DNA from: Callorhinchus milii
Taxonomy: Eukaryota
DNA length: 64,000 bases
Direction: 5' to 3'
Assembly: GCF_018977255.1 (NCBI RefSeq)
Contig: NW_024704743.1
Coordinates: forward strand, 113,524,001 to 113,588,000
The notes beneath the pieces were generated by a model. It had not been told where the DNA came from and searched no databases. It saw nothing but the letters and a program-made list of their open reading frames with translations. Shown here piece by piece: positions 37,416-50,050 of this stretch. The stretch's first letter is position 1. Each line of letters opens with the position of its first letter. The translations under genes were made by a program, and so were the position numbers.

Positions 37416-38635
37416 TTTAGCATCAGGGTATAGGGTAAGTGTATGGGTATTCTGTCGTCTTGTACCATTTACTGAGACAGCATTGGGGATGTTTTAAGAG
37501 ATAAAATGCCCCAAGTTTCATCTCATTTCAGGAACATTTTTGAGATTTTGATTCATACTTTAGTATACAGTAATTAATGGAATCATGTTTATTTTTTGAT
37601 AAACTTCATTAATATTGGATATCAGCTTTCCCTGACATATAAATCGAATTCTACCATTTTATTCAGACTGTACAATAACAATTGACGCAATTGACATCTC
37701 AAAACCTTCACAGGATTTACTGTAAAGTGTAGTGTATTTTGAAGGTAGGTGAATGCAGCAGTCAATTTGCACACAGCAATAACTGACAAACAGCTATGAA
37801 ATGAATGACCATGTTTTCTGAGAAATTGTTGGTTAAAACGCTGGGAGAAACTCCCTTCACTTTTTACAAAATGTGTGATTAATGCTCACGTATTAAAGTA
37901 TAAGTTTCATGAAGTTAAAAGACTTTCCTAATAATTACATACTGTGAGGTTTTTGTATGCCAACATAAACTGAAATGGTTTTAATAATGTAACATTCAAT
38001 AATACATAATGCTCCTCAACAGACTGCTCTAGTGTGAAGCACTGATAGTTATCAGGATACTTGGTCAACAAGGACCACCCCATCTACACAGATTTTGGTT
38101 TGTAGGATTGAGGATATTTCTACATCTCATTAAGTCTCACTGATGGCTCAGACAGGCTAGTCAAACATTAACAATGCTTTGGATTGCCTCATGAGAACCA
38201 GATGAACCCAGAGATAACCCGCGTATCTCTCCCTTTCCCAAAGATCTTATTCTGAGGTAAATTAAATTCACAATTAAGTATTTTCAAGTATGAGTACTTG
38301 ATTTTGCCACAAATTCCAGATTGTGAAGGCGATGCTGCTGTTACCATCTTTGTTTTAAACATAATCATCAAAATAAATTGGGAAATGTTTCAGTAGAAGC
38401 TTAGTAAAAGTAGATCTGGCGGACTTGCCTACAGTAGTGCGACGACAATGGCAAAGGATCAATTTCGGACAAACTCAAAATAATGATTATTTGAAAAAGA
38501 ATATTTTAGTAACATCAATCATAAATAAGCAATGATTTATAAGAATGTTGTTAACGCCATTAAGTTACATTTTGACAGAGCATATTTGTTAGACTGATCT
38601 TCAGAATCAATCATCAATGAGTAAAAGCCATTAGA

Positions 38636-38821
38636 CAACAACAAAAACAAGATTGCATTTATAGAGCGCCTTTCACATCGGAGGACGTCCCAAGGTGCTG
38701 GACAGTTGGGTCGGAACCCGAGCAGGGGGGAAATGGTCAGAGTGAGGGGAGGAAAGGGAAGGAGCGAGGAGGGGAGGGAAGGGAGGGAGTGAGGAGGGGG
38801 TAGAGAGTCGAGAGGGGAGCT
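38636..38821 (-). mobile_element. L2 3' end
   Basis: (CAA)n GATTGCATTTATAGAGCGCCTTTCAC...GGGGGAAATGGTCAG...GAGAGTCGAGAGGGGAGCT. Confidence 0.9.
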
Positions 38822-39214
38822 AATCATCCATCATCACATAATTCTCCAAAAACACAACAGCTTTAACAAGCTTTTTCCCACTCTCCCCAAGAGTCTTTGG
38901 GTTCTTTGTTGTCTAGAGAGTTATATTTAGCAGAAAATGGAAGTAGAGAAATCTGAACGATATGTCCTATTTTTCGTCTTACTTCATCAGTAATGATAAA
39001 TCTATCAACCCAGCAGCTTGTGGCACCCAGAAGCACTCATTGATGTTTTTGTGTTCTATTGGATAGATGTTTAGAGGCACACATTGAGCTGTGTGCTGTT
39101 GTTTAGATGTTTTTGTTCATGTACAGTATTTTGTCTCAGCATATTGTGGTTTCTTTCATTATCTGAGGTAAGGTATGGTCTTCCAAAACACCAAGATTCA
39201 TCACTTCCTGCCTC

Positions 39215-40153
39215 AACTATTCAAATCCTCTCCTACCCAGCTCCACCATCCACAAAATCCAGCTGATCCCAAACTCTGCCGCCAGCATACTCACCAGAAC
39301 TGAACTCTGTACCCCCATTGCACTCGTGCTAGCCAGGCTCCACTGGCTTCCTATCCCAGAACAGATTGATTTTGCCCACAAATATACAGTCAATTCACTT
39401 TACAGCATATTCTAAGAACATAAGAACATAAGATCTTAAGAATTAGGAGCAGGAGTAGGCCATTCGGCCCTTTGTGCCTGCTTCGCCATTCAATAAGATC
39501 ATGGCTGATCTTCTCACCTAACTCTGATTACCTGCCTTATCCCCATATCCCCTAATCCCTTTATTTTTCAAGAATCTATCAGTCTCAGCCTTGAAAATGT
39601 TCAAGGACTGAGCATCTACAGCCTTCTGGGGTAGTGAATTCCATAAATTCACTACCCTCTGAGTGAAGAAATGTTTCCTCAACTCTGTTCTAAGAGGCTG
39701 ACCCTTAATTTTAAGACTGTGAAGCACTTTGAGATGTATAGAAGACGTGAAAAGCGCTATATCAAATGCAAGGATTATTATGATTATTATTATTTCAAGA
39801 TGCTCACACTCATCATCAAATCCATTCATGCCTTGGTACTTCCCTACTTCTCCAACCCGCAAACCCACTACCCACTGCCTCCACTCAACATGTCCCTCGT
39901 GCCCTCCGTTCCACCACCAGTGGCCATGCTTTCAGCCACTACACCCTGAAACTCTGGAACACTCTTCCTCTATCCTTCCGTCTTGCCCCTTCCTTCCCCA
40001 GCTTCATGTTGCGCTTGAAGACCTTCCTCTTCAATTGTGCCTAAGGTCACTTCCCCCTCCCTCCAGTTTGGCTTCGTGCTCCGCCACTGTCAAGCACTCT
40101 GGGACACGTCCTGGTGTGAGGGGCACTAGATAAATGCAAGTTGTTGTTGTTGT
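39215..40153 (+). mobile_element. L2 3' portion interrupted by a SINE (39371-39794), itself interrupted by a CR1
   Basis: CTCCACTGGCTTCCTATC..CAGATTGATTT | CAAGATGCTCACACTCATCATCAAATCCATTCAT (LHWLPI..IDF|KMLTLIIKSIH); tail ATAAATGCAAGTTGTTG. Confidence 0.85.
39414..39716 (-). mobile_element. Young CR1 3' end with (ATGTTCTT)n tail
   Basis: Minus frame LKIKGQPLRTELRKHFFTQRVVNLWNSLPQKAVDAQSLNIFKAETDRFL is the CR1 ORF2 C-terminus; AAGAACATAAGAACATAAG tail. Confidence 0.95.
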
Positions 40154-41024
40154 ATTTTATGCAGTTAACAAAGCCAGATTAATTACAATTATGCTTCATG
40201 ATTTTTGTTTTTATCAGTAAAAAAATATGCATTTTGCAGAAACTTACTGTATAAAAGTTAATTTTTCAAAGCCTTACACGACTCTGTTCATAAGTGTAAA
40301 GCACCATAATATATACAGTCCATGGAATTTCCTTGTACTCAATAGCAAAGTTAAGCATTGTCAATGAAATCATTAATCATTCAATGAGAACAGTGGGGTC
40401 TATTACGTTATGATATTTGCAAACATAACTTATTTGCAAACAGAATTTGCTCTGTTAATTGTGACTTTTGGTTTGCAAAATGTGCAGCTAGCAAATTGCA
40501 AATCCCAACCTGGCAAAGTCTGAATAAAGTCTGGTGAGCAAAAATCTAACCTTGGAACACCGATGATGTTTATAAAGCACTTAAGCTCCTCAAAACTGCA
40601 ATGTGATACTGAATGGTGCATACTGTTTTTCACCTTTGAGCCTTAAATTCAAATTTAGCCTAGATTGTTGGAATGAAAGTTTTTTCTCTCTGTCAGCTTT
40701 AAGGATGCTAACTTTGTACAGCCTGAACCCAAGACCCATTGGACTAAATCCATAGAACAAAATGTGGCATGCTTTTCGTAGTGGTTCCTTTTCAACCATG
40801 ATTTAAAAACACAACCCTTAACAACAAAATGACATTTGTATAGCGTCTTTCACGTCAGGAGGACGTCCCAAGGCGCTGGAACAATTCTGTGCAAAACAGA
40901 TGCACTATGATCTAACATAGAATTTTGCCAATTAAACTAAACTGAGTTTGTGTCCATTGGTCACACATTCCCAAATATTAATGCTTCTCCTTGGTGCTTT
41001 TCTTCAAGTCATGCACTTTCTTCT

Positions 41025-41348
41025 AATAGGAGAAACTATTTCCACTGGCGGCTGGGTCAGTAACCTGAGGACACCAATTTAAAATAGTTGTTAAAAGAAA
41101 CAGAGGGGAGGTGAAGAGAACTTTTTTTTTACACAACGAGTTGTTCAGATCTGGAATACATTGCCTGAAAGGGTGCTGGAAGCCGATTTGAGCTTTAAAG
41201 AGAGAAGTAGATAATTATTTGGGGAGGACAAGATTGGAGGGCAATGGGGAGAGAGTGGGGGAGTGGGATTGAATTGAATAGCTCTTTGCGTCATGGCACA
41301 GACACGAATGACCTCCTTCTGTGCTGTATAATTCTATGATTCTATGAT
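41025..41348 (+). mobile_element. CR1 3' end with (ATTCTATG)n tail
   Basis: TTTTTTACACAACGAGTTGTTCAGATCTGGAATACATTGCCT (FFTQRVV-IWN-LP); tail ATTCTATGATTCTATGAT. Confidence 0.92.
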
Positions 41349-42037
41349 CTCCCACCAGATCCTCTAAAACACCAAAGGAGTGTTAATGCTTCCCTCTTCC
41401 TTTCCAGGCTGTTTCTGTAACCAAAAATATGATGGCGTTAGCACCAACATCATTTAACCATCAGATATAATATCAGTCTATATGGTGCAGTCAATGATAT
41501 TTAGTGATTTTTTTGTACTGGAATTTTACATCATATTTATGCTACTGTGAGAGTAAATGCAGCATGAAAATGCCATCATAAAATACCAAGGCTATTAATC
41601 TGTAATATAGTAATCATCACAAGGATAGGCTAGCGTGCAAAACAGAAATGTCACCTTGGTGCATGTTTGCATGCTTCTCTGAGATTGGTGTTAAGGCCTA
41701 TAAAGCACAAAATTAAAACTTTAGTAATCCCAGTTGGACAGTAGGGGGTGTGTATTTAAATTTAAAATATAAATCGAATCTTAGATAGACCTAGAATGGG
41801 TATAAATATTTTTCTATCTCTAACAAACAAAAATTACTTTGATATTCTAATTCAAGATTGGAGCAAAAGTAACATTCAAGAGGACAGTTGTAGCATTTAT
41901 ATTTCTCTGTGTTGGGGAAATATAACTTTTACATAACTCTTTGTCAATGCTCAAACTTACTTTTACTGAAGCCCAAATCTTTCAAAGAGAGCTCATCAGC
42001 ATATATAAATATATATATATATTTTTTGTTGGGGGCT

Positions 42038-42140
42038 CAGCCGGGTGTCTGACACATGCGGAAACCCATCACCATGCTTAGGGGTATCCAAACCAAGCTG
42101 AGATTTCCATGCATCCACCTAAACATGGAAATCCCAGAGA
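42038..42140 (+). repeat. Palindromic repeat family, partial copy
   Basis: GGTGTCTGACACATGCGGAAACCCATCACCATGCTTAGGGGTATCCAAACC..TGAGATTTCCATGCATCC matches the 45505 copy. Confidence 0.8.
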
Positions 42141-42197
42141 TAGGTTGTTGGAATGGAATGAGCACTCTCTCCCTAGAGGGATGCATCCGGCTTACGT

Positions 42198-42504
42198 GGA
42201 GTCCTGTAGCTCAGTGGTTAGAGCACTTGCCTCGCAAGCGAGAGACCTGCGTTCCATTCTTAGCAGGGCGACACCTTGGGCAAGTTTCCTTACTGAACAT
42301 GCCTGATAATAATCCCTCAAGAAAAAGAAACAATAATAAATTGGTCACTTCAATCCACGACTGTTTGTGGAACACTGCTGTGCTTAATTGGCTGCCGCGT
42401 TTCGCCCACAAATATACAGTCAATTCACTTTACAGTATATTTTGTGAAGCGCTTTGAGACATCTAGAAGCGCTATTTCAAATACAAGGATTATTATTATT
42501 ATTA
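42198..42504 (+). mobile_element. SINE family B, short subtype
   Basis: GGAGTCCTGTAGCTCAGTGGTTAGAGCACTTGCCTCGCAAGCGAGAGACC head; CATGCCT|GATAATAATCCCTC; tail. Confidence 0.93.
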
Positions 42505-42519
42505 CCTAATTCCGAAAGT

Positions 42520-42937
42520 ATTAGGTGCAGGTTGGCAAGAGCCAAGGCTTGGGGTCCCCAGAGTGCGCGTTGAGGTACTGCTGAAGTCTAACCAGCTAAA
42601 ACTGCGTAGCTTGTCATTGATATTGCTGTCCAGTAAGCTTTCCTGCTGCTTGTCAAGCTAGGACTACCCTACCCATTAGGGCTTTGGCTTACAGGATTGA
42701 CAGAAGCTGAGCCCCCATCGAATGATCTGCCCTTCCAGGTCCTGCCGATGGGCCAGGCTGGCTGTGCTGCCATCAGCAGTGCCCTGGAATACTGCAGACC
42801 CACCTGGCTCAGGAATCGGACTACCAAGACTGCCACAGAGAGCTGGCACCATTCTGACATTCCATTGCCAGGCATGTCACTTTGGAGCCAGTTCAGGTCC
42901 AAGGAGACCCCACTTACATCAACATATGCACCTCCCT
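42520..42937. mobile_element. Possible Tx1/L1-type endonuclease relic, rearranged
   Basis: GC-rich; the plus strand ends with ATCAACATATGCACC (frameshifted INxYAP-like); the minus frame has VRFLSQVG...W..TWKGRSF.GG, resembling the APE endonuclease N-terminus. Confidence 0.35.
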
Positions 42938-42944
42938 GATCACT

Positions 42945-43075
42945 GACAAATAAAGCTGGATGTGAGATAGGGATGGAGTTGGGCAATGTGGCGAGGAATG
43001 CAGTCTGGATCAGAGACTGGATGTGAGGGAGGAAAGAGAGCTGAGGGTCAAATTGAATGCTGAGGTTGTGCACTG
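42945..43075 (-). mobile_element. L2 ORF2 fragment
   Basis: Translation VHNLSIQFDPQLSFLPHIQSLIQTAF matches the L2 VRNLGV-FDPELSF-PHI motif. Confidence 0.8.
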
Positions 43076-43826
43076 ATTTAGTAAGCTGGACAGATAAACC
43101 TATGAAAGTCTATCGTTATGTGAATGAAAGCACATTCACACATAGGTTTAAATAACTCTATATGACACCCGCCACCCACCCCCACTCCCATCCCCCCCAC
43201 CTCGTATTGGTGCCAGCCAATATGATTCAGCACTCACCAAATATCCCACAAACAGAGAAGCACTATACTGGCAAGATCAGCAGAAAAGCTATTCAAAAAT
43301 TTAACAACATGCTACAAATGTCTTGGACACAATTTTTTATAAAGACTCTGTACTTATCACTAATCCATTCATTAAATATAAACCTTTAAATATAACCAAT
43401 TTGAGCCAGTGTTGTGGACAAAGTGGGAAGCTCTACTTTGCAATAAACACTGTCTGGTTTAGTAAACATTAGCATTACTGTACACACAGTATTATGTTAT
43501 TTGATGGTAAAGAACAAAAAAATTAAGCTTGAGAGAAAGTATAAGCTTGAGAGAAAGTATAATTATGTACTTATTCTGCTTCCCTTGCAGTGCTATGTGA
43601 TACATTCCAAGGACAATGCATTTATCTGCTTCACCCGCTAGCAATTTGTGGCAGCATAAAGAGACATAACTGTAGGCTGGTTTTGAACTATGGAATGAAT
43701 AACATTGGTGTGGTTCTTACAATTCTCAGTGGGTACATTTTGAATGAGTGAATTACTTATTTCTACAATTTTAAATACTTTTGAAAACTTAAAATACTGT
43801 ACTGTTGTGCACATTCATGCCATAGT

Positions 43827-44150
43827 GGAGTCCTGTAGCTCAGTGGTTAAAGCACTCGCTTTGCAAGTGAGAGACCTGAGTTCAATTCCAGGCAGAGGGC
43901 GAAACCTTGGGCAAGTTTCCTTACTCCACACCCCTAATAATAATCCCTCCAAAAAAACAAGACAATAATAAATTGGTCATTTTCAATCCATGACTGTTTG
44001 TGGGACATTGCTGTGCGCAATCGGATGCCGTGTTCCCCCACAAATATAAGTCAATTCACTTTACAATATTCAAAAGTGAAGCGCTTTGGGACGTCTAGAA
44101 GACGTGAAAAGCGCTATATCAAATGCAAGGATTATTATCATTATATTATT
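43827..44150 (+). mobile_element. SINE family B, short subtype
   Basis: Same head; CCACACCCCT|AATAATAATCCCTC junction; tail. Confidence 0.93.
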
Positions 44151-44589
44151 GTAGTTTGCAGTGGCAATTGGACAGATGTTTTATTTTTGGAATTAATGCG
44201 GTTGCGGATTAGTTTTGATGTAGATGACTTGTTTCAGGCTTTGGGGTGAAAATGCAAATGTAACTGTATGATAGAATAATAGAATATAGTAATAATCCTT
44301 ACATTCAGTATAGTGCCTTATCAAATTTTTGAGTCGTCTCAAAGCGCTTCATAGGATATACTGTAAAGTGCAGTGACTGTATTTTATGGGCGAAACACGG
44401 CATCAAGGTGCACACAACAACAAGCAATCATGGAGCAAGTGACCAATTTCATTTGAGGGATTTGTTGGCCACATCCACCTGAAATGTAGAATTCCAGAGA
44501 TGAATAATTAACATTGGTACAAAGATCACCAGTGAAGTGACTGTGCTAGAATATTAAGACTTGAAAGCAGTTTCAATGACTTTAGAAAG

Positions 44590-45500
44590 TACAGAAAAGA
44601 GGATAGCATGAAGGATAAGAGAGATCATCTGTCTTAGGGATTGATAAGAGTTCTTGTCAGATCATGTAGTACAATTTAACTTTGTGTCAAAACATATAAT
44701 TTTATAAGAATCTCACATCCATATCTCATTCATCACTGTCCTCCTCCTACCAGGAGAAAACATCTTCAAAAGTAGAATAAAATCACCTCTCCTCTTAAAC
44801 TTGTCTCCTTCCCAAACAGAGGGAAACGTTGTTCCCTATCTACCATTATTATTTTAAACAACTCAACTCCTTAACTTTTAGGGAAAAAAAACAACGTTTA
44901 ACCATAAAGTTTGACTCTCATTATAGCTAAGTCTCTTCATCTCAGGTACGATCCTGGTGAATTTTTGCTGAACTCACTCCAAGGTCAGTATATGCTTCCT
45001 TAGCATCCAGAACTGAACATAATACTTTAGATGAATTTAGAGAGCCCTCAATAATGTGATTATATAACTGCAGCAACATTTCCTTGCTTTTATCACCTAC
45101 AAATACAGTCACTACACTTCACAGTAATAATCCTGGGAAACACGTTCCAATGACGCGATAAGACGTAAGGTCAAATGCTAGGATTATTATTATTATTTTC
45201 TAAACATCTCACGGTAAATCCCAACATCCCTTTAGCCTTGCTAATTGCTCTCTATACCTGAAAACTCTAAATGACTGAAGTATCTGGGTCTCTAAATCGC
45301 GATGTTCATCTATCCCCAGTGCTATATACATTCTATACAGAAAATATTTCCTTCTGTCATTCTTACATATACTACCTCACACTTTGCTATGATGAAGTAT
45401 ATTGTCCTGCCCATTGATTTAATCAAATCTATGTTATTTTGCAATTTTTTGTTCTCCTTCACAATTCCATTCCTCTCCTTTATAACCACACTCATTTGTT
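44590..45500 (-). mobile_element. Decayed CR1 relic, with a SINE fragment at about 45095-45200
   Basis: Minus strand has CTAAAGTATTATGTTCAGTTCTGG (LEY-VQFW-like), KCEVVY and KLQNNID remnants. Confidence 0.7.
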
Positions 45501-45504
45501 TAGT

Positions 45505-45660
45505 CAGGCTGGTGTCTAACACATGCAGGAAACCCATCACCATGTTTAAGAGTATCCAAACCAGACTGAGAATTCCATGCATCCCACCTACACATGAAAA
45601 TCTCTGTTCTAATGCACAGGGATTTCCAAGTGTAGGTGGGATTCATGGAATTCTCGGGTT
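45505..45660. repeat. Palindromic repeat family copy with ~40-bp inverted arms (MITE-like)
   Basis: GAGAATTCCATGCATCCCACCTACACATGAAAATCTCTGT / ACAGGGATTTCCAAGTGTAGGTGGGATTCATGGAATTCTC. Confidence 0.8.
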
Positions 45661-46884
45661 GCACACACCTCGATTTTAGCTAGTAATCTTTTGTGCAGGA
45701 TCTTATGCCTTCTGAAAATCTATAAAGATTACATCCACTGATCCTCCTCCATCCATCACCACAGCAGTTCAGTCAAAGGGTTATAATGATAGAAATAACA
45801 GTATCAGACCAGCAAAATGCATTGTGAGCGAAGTCATCTGATATTCGAGTGCTGCTCTCAGCTTTAAAACTGTTATTTTATCACGAGTGCTTTTCATTAT
45901 TGGTGCCATGAAAATAGTCCAAACAAGAGCCAGAATTTTTAAGTGTAAATCCTGAAGTTACGGAGAAAGCTACGAGGCCAGCAAGAACAACAACAACAAC
46001 TTGCATTTATATAGTGCCCTTCTCTCAGGATAGCTCCTCCTCTTGGGCATTGCAGGCATAGTATAAAGTCAATATAAATCAAATAGCCAGTTTCATCTAG
46101 TTGCCTCTCAGCAATTTGAATACGTGGATTAAGTTTCTTTTTAATTCTACTTCCAACAATGAAGACAACATCAGCCCTATAATCTTCTCCTCGTAAGAGA
46201 ATGTTCGGTCTCAAACTCTGCAACTGTTAAGTTCTCTGAGATGCTACCCCGTAAAAAGCGTACTATATGAATGTAAGTTGTTGTAATGAATTCTCTTGGC
46301 ATCAAATAGTACAAATATATCCACATTAATCCAGGGAATTTCAGTTTCAATTGTGCCTGTTTATTCAGATACCTCGTAAAGTGAGCTGCAGTAAATCCCA
46401 GACGCATTGCCCAAAAGGATGTTGAATGTTGAAGATAAATTTGATTTTGAAAACTGGTGCTAACAGTAATTCTTTGAAATCAAAGGAGAATTCAGGAAGT
46501 ATTTATCAAAATTCCTGAGAGCAGAGGGAACAAAGTTCCTGCATGTTCTGTTCCGGTTTAATGGCTGAGCAGCACACAATTCAGAATGCTCGACAAGAGG
46601 ATTGAGTCTGTGAAGATAACATTGAAATTTACAACTTTTCTAAATAGGGTAGAGCTCCTATTACTTCTGGAATGCAGGGCACAGTTGGTGACAGTTAAAA
46701 CAATATTTCACATGTGTGAGTGATCATTTATGATTTTCACTTGTTTGAATTACCAATCTTCTGAGCATGGAAATCGATGATCATATCCATAGAATAAATA
46801 TTGCGTTTTCCACTTGTGCAAGTGACCTTGTGTTTTGCCACATTCTCACCATTTTAAAAAAAACATACTGGTACATTACACTTT

Positions 46885-47090
46885 TCAGGGAGTTTTTCTC
46901 AGTATCCTTGCCAACAATCCTCCAAATAAAATTGGTCATTCACTTCATGTGTGTTTGTGGGACATTGCAGTGCTCAAATCAGATGCCGTGTTCACCCACA
47001 ATATACACTTTAATGTATATCCTGTGAAGCGCTTTGGGATATCCTCCTGATGTGAAAGGCGCTATAACGAATGGAAGGATTATTTTTATT
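46885..47090 (+). mobile_element. Truncated Deu SINE
   Basis: GGGAGTTTTTCTCAGTATCCTTGCCAACAATCC...GGAAGGATTATT. Confidence 0.85.
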
Positions 47091-49157
47091 TTCAGTAACT
47101 AAAGCACATCAGAACAGTAAAATGCATTGTGAGCGAAGTCATCTGATATATCACATTACACAAAGAAACAATAATATTAATCCAAGAAGTCTCCACAGAA
47201 AAAGAAACCAAATACTCTAGTTTGTTTGATCCAAAATGGTTACAAAATGTTTATAATGTGCTGTGTTCGTCTTTAATAGTAAAATAGTATTTTGTGGGCA
47301 TTTTGCCACAAAATAGTCAATTCACTTTACAGTATATTCTCTGAAGTGCTTAGAGATGTCCCGAAGATGTGATGAGGCGTTATATCAAATACAAGCATTA
47401 TTATTATTAAAAATAACAATTGTTACTTTTGATATAGCGCCTTTCACTTTTGGGGGGGCAATCTCACAAGAGCTTCACAGGAATCACTGGAAACTGTAGT
47501 GAAGCACTCCGGGACCCTACCCCAGGTGAAGGCTACTATATAAATGCAAGCTGTTGTTTATTTTTGTATCCTTATCAAAAATATAGTACATTAAATAAAT
47601 TGCTATTTGTATTGTTATGTTTACACTAAGTATATTCTAATTTCATGTAATCCCAAATGGACAGATGACATCAAGTATTATGTTTTCCTGCACTTACTCA
47701 GAAAGTGTATATTCTAATTCAATTTTAGCATCATGAATATTTGTTTTTAGAATGAAATGGGCTTTTTATGGGAACTATTGTATATCTATTACATCTGTGA
47801 TAAAACCCCTCAAGAAACAAGCCTTCGATACGGTTGACTGCTGTATGTCTGTCATATGACCACATGGTTGTGTGCATTTTTAACTGGGGCAGATGGCTAG
47901 ACAGCTGTTCCAAAGGAGGGTTCCATGAAATTCTGCGGGTGATTGAGCTTTTTATTTAAGCATGTTTATAGTTATCCAATTGGATGACTAGATAGATCCA
48001 ATCTATGAGGTTCCCAAAATTTAATTAGGAATTGTTTTTTCTGAATGCTGTACTGAAAATGTAGAATGCATTTTTCTGCTAATCTTGGAAATAACATTAT
48101 GATTTAATCATACTTATTTTAAACAAATTTGATTTGGGCGGACCCTATGTTTATCCAATGATGAAACATTAAATCAATGTTGTTTATTTACCCATTTTAC
48201 ATTTGTCTACCATTAGGTAATCAATGACTGGGACAGGTTGCCATGAAAGGTGTTAGACACTAGACTCAATATAAAGCAACTTGATGCTATAATGGAGGGA
48301 TGGTAGGGTGGTTCTGAGGGGATGAGATTGGATGGGCCGAAGGGCCTTCTTCATCCAAATCAATCTTGTGATGAAAGCCTTTAAATAATATGAGTACATG
48401 TACTTTTTTTTTTTAAGAACTCCCTTTTTAAGAGGGATTACTGTGAAACTGGGGTTGCAAGTAATTTTCCATTTTACCTCAGGAGTGAGTGTTGTGAAAA
48501 TCAATGATGGGAAGAATAAGATAATGCTTACTATTCTGCATACTTTTTCTAAATGTTTAAATGATCTGTTTTTGGTTAAAAGGTAACTTTGAGCATATTT
48601 TCATTTCGTGATAATATTGCAAGTTATCCTTATTTTGTACTAGTGAGAATTAGTAACAGGATATATTAACAAGACTAAAACATAAAAACATGAAATAAAA
48701 AGTATTGATCTGCAAAGTTACTATAGAAAAGAAATCAAATACATTTCCAGTTTGTTGGATCACAAAATGGTTAAAGAAATGTTTATCATGTGCAGTTTGT
48801 TCCCTTCTCTACCCTTTTCAAACATACATGAAATAAAGTGTTATTTGTATCATTACGTTTACATTAAGTACATCCTAATTTAATCTGATACCAAATTGAT
48901 CTCAGAATAATGGCTCTTAAAGGCAAGTAACAACCATCTTTAAAGCACTGAAGCACAATGCTGAAACCTAATTAATTTAACCTTGTCATGTTCCATTTTA
49001 GCTTTCGTCTATCACTACCGCAAATGGTAGTTCAATAAATAATGTACAATCCACATCCCAATAGCATTACTGGGAGCATTAACTTCATCCATGTTTTCAT
49101 GCAAAAAAAGCGTGACTGTAAACCTCAAGTACTCTACAACCTGGAAACAGAACTATA

Positions 49158-49330
49158 AGAATAATACTTGCATTTGATACAGCACCTTCGGGTCATGAGG
49201 AGGTCTAAAAATGCTTCACAGGATTCACTGTAAAATGTAACGAATCTCTACTTTGTAGGAGAAACGCAGCAGCAAATTTGCGCACAGCAATGTCCCACAA
49301 GCAGCCATGAAGTGAATGACAATTTTATGT
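49158..49330 (-). mobile_element. Truncated SINE
   Basis: AATAATACTTGCATTTGATAC...GCACAGCAATGTCCCACAAGCAGCCATGAAGTGAATGAC. Confidence 0.85.
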
Positions 49331-49399
49331 AATACTGTATTATCTAATTTTGCCATTTTAATTCATGCAACTCACTAAAAATGTTTAAGTATGCTTCTA

Positions 49400-50050
49400 A
49401 GTTGATGTACTATGCTTAAGTAGTTTTACATACAGCAATTGAAGAGAATAGCAATGAGTAAAATTGATAACTAAAGAAATTGGGATGATTCTCCAAAGGT
49501 TGGTAAATTAAGAAACATGACAGGAGGATCTTACTTTCTGCTGAGAACCCTATTACGAGCTTGAACCACTAAGATTTGCGAATTTATAGACCAGCAGAGA
49601 ATAAGATGATAAGGTCAATTAAAGTCCACAAATCTACTAATGTTCAGAGAATCAGTCCTATTATCTTCTGTTGGTGATTAATGGAGAGAGCAGAAAGTAA
49701 TCTTAGAGACAGGATGAAGACTCAGTTATGTCATCCATATGGCTAACCTTATCATATGGGACACAAGACAAGAGGGACTGAAGGTTAGGTTATACAGAGA
49801 TTATACTGTTGTAGATTTGGGAAGCCTTTCGGAGAAATCTAGCCCTGATAGGTTACCAGGAAGTTGTTAACCTAAATAGAAATAAATACAATAAAATATA
49901 TGCCCACAGAGATTATGTAAAAAGTAGGACATCCATTCTTTTGAAAACTACCATCAGGAGAATATTCTGTGGTTGAGGAACTACCCATATAAAACCTTAT
50001 AATGAGTTTAATCATTTTTTTGAAACTGGTGAGACACAGTCATAATCGAA
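49400..50050 (+). mobile_element. Highly decayed CR1 RT relic
   Basis: AATTTATAGACCAG (N-YRP-like) and GATTTGGGAAGCCTTTC (DF-KAF-like) in the expected order. Confidence 0.5.

Noticed and set aside
42056..42457. 133-aa ORF and similar ORFs ending KCKDYYYY or NARIIIII
   Set aside because: Translations of SINE bodies and tails
43525..43560. Short tandem duplications (18-mer here; also about 22085-22116 and 63912-63955)
   Set aside because: Ordinary slippage duplications
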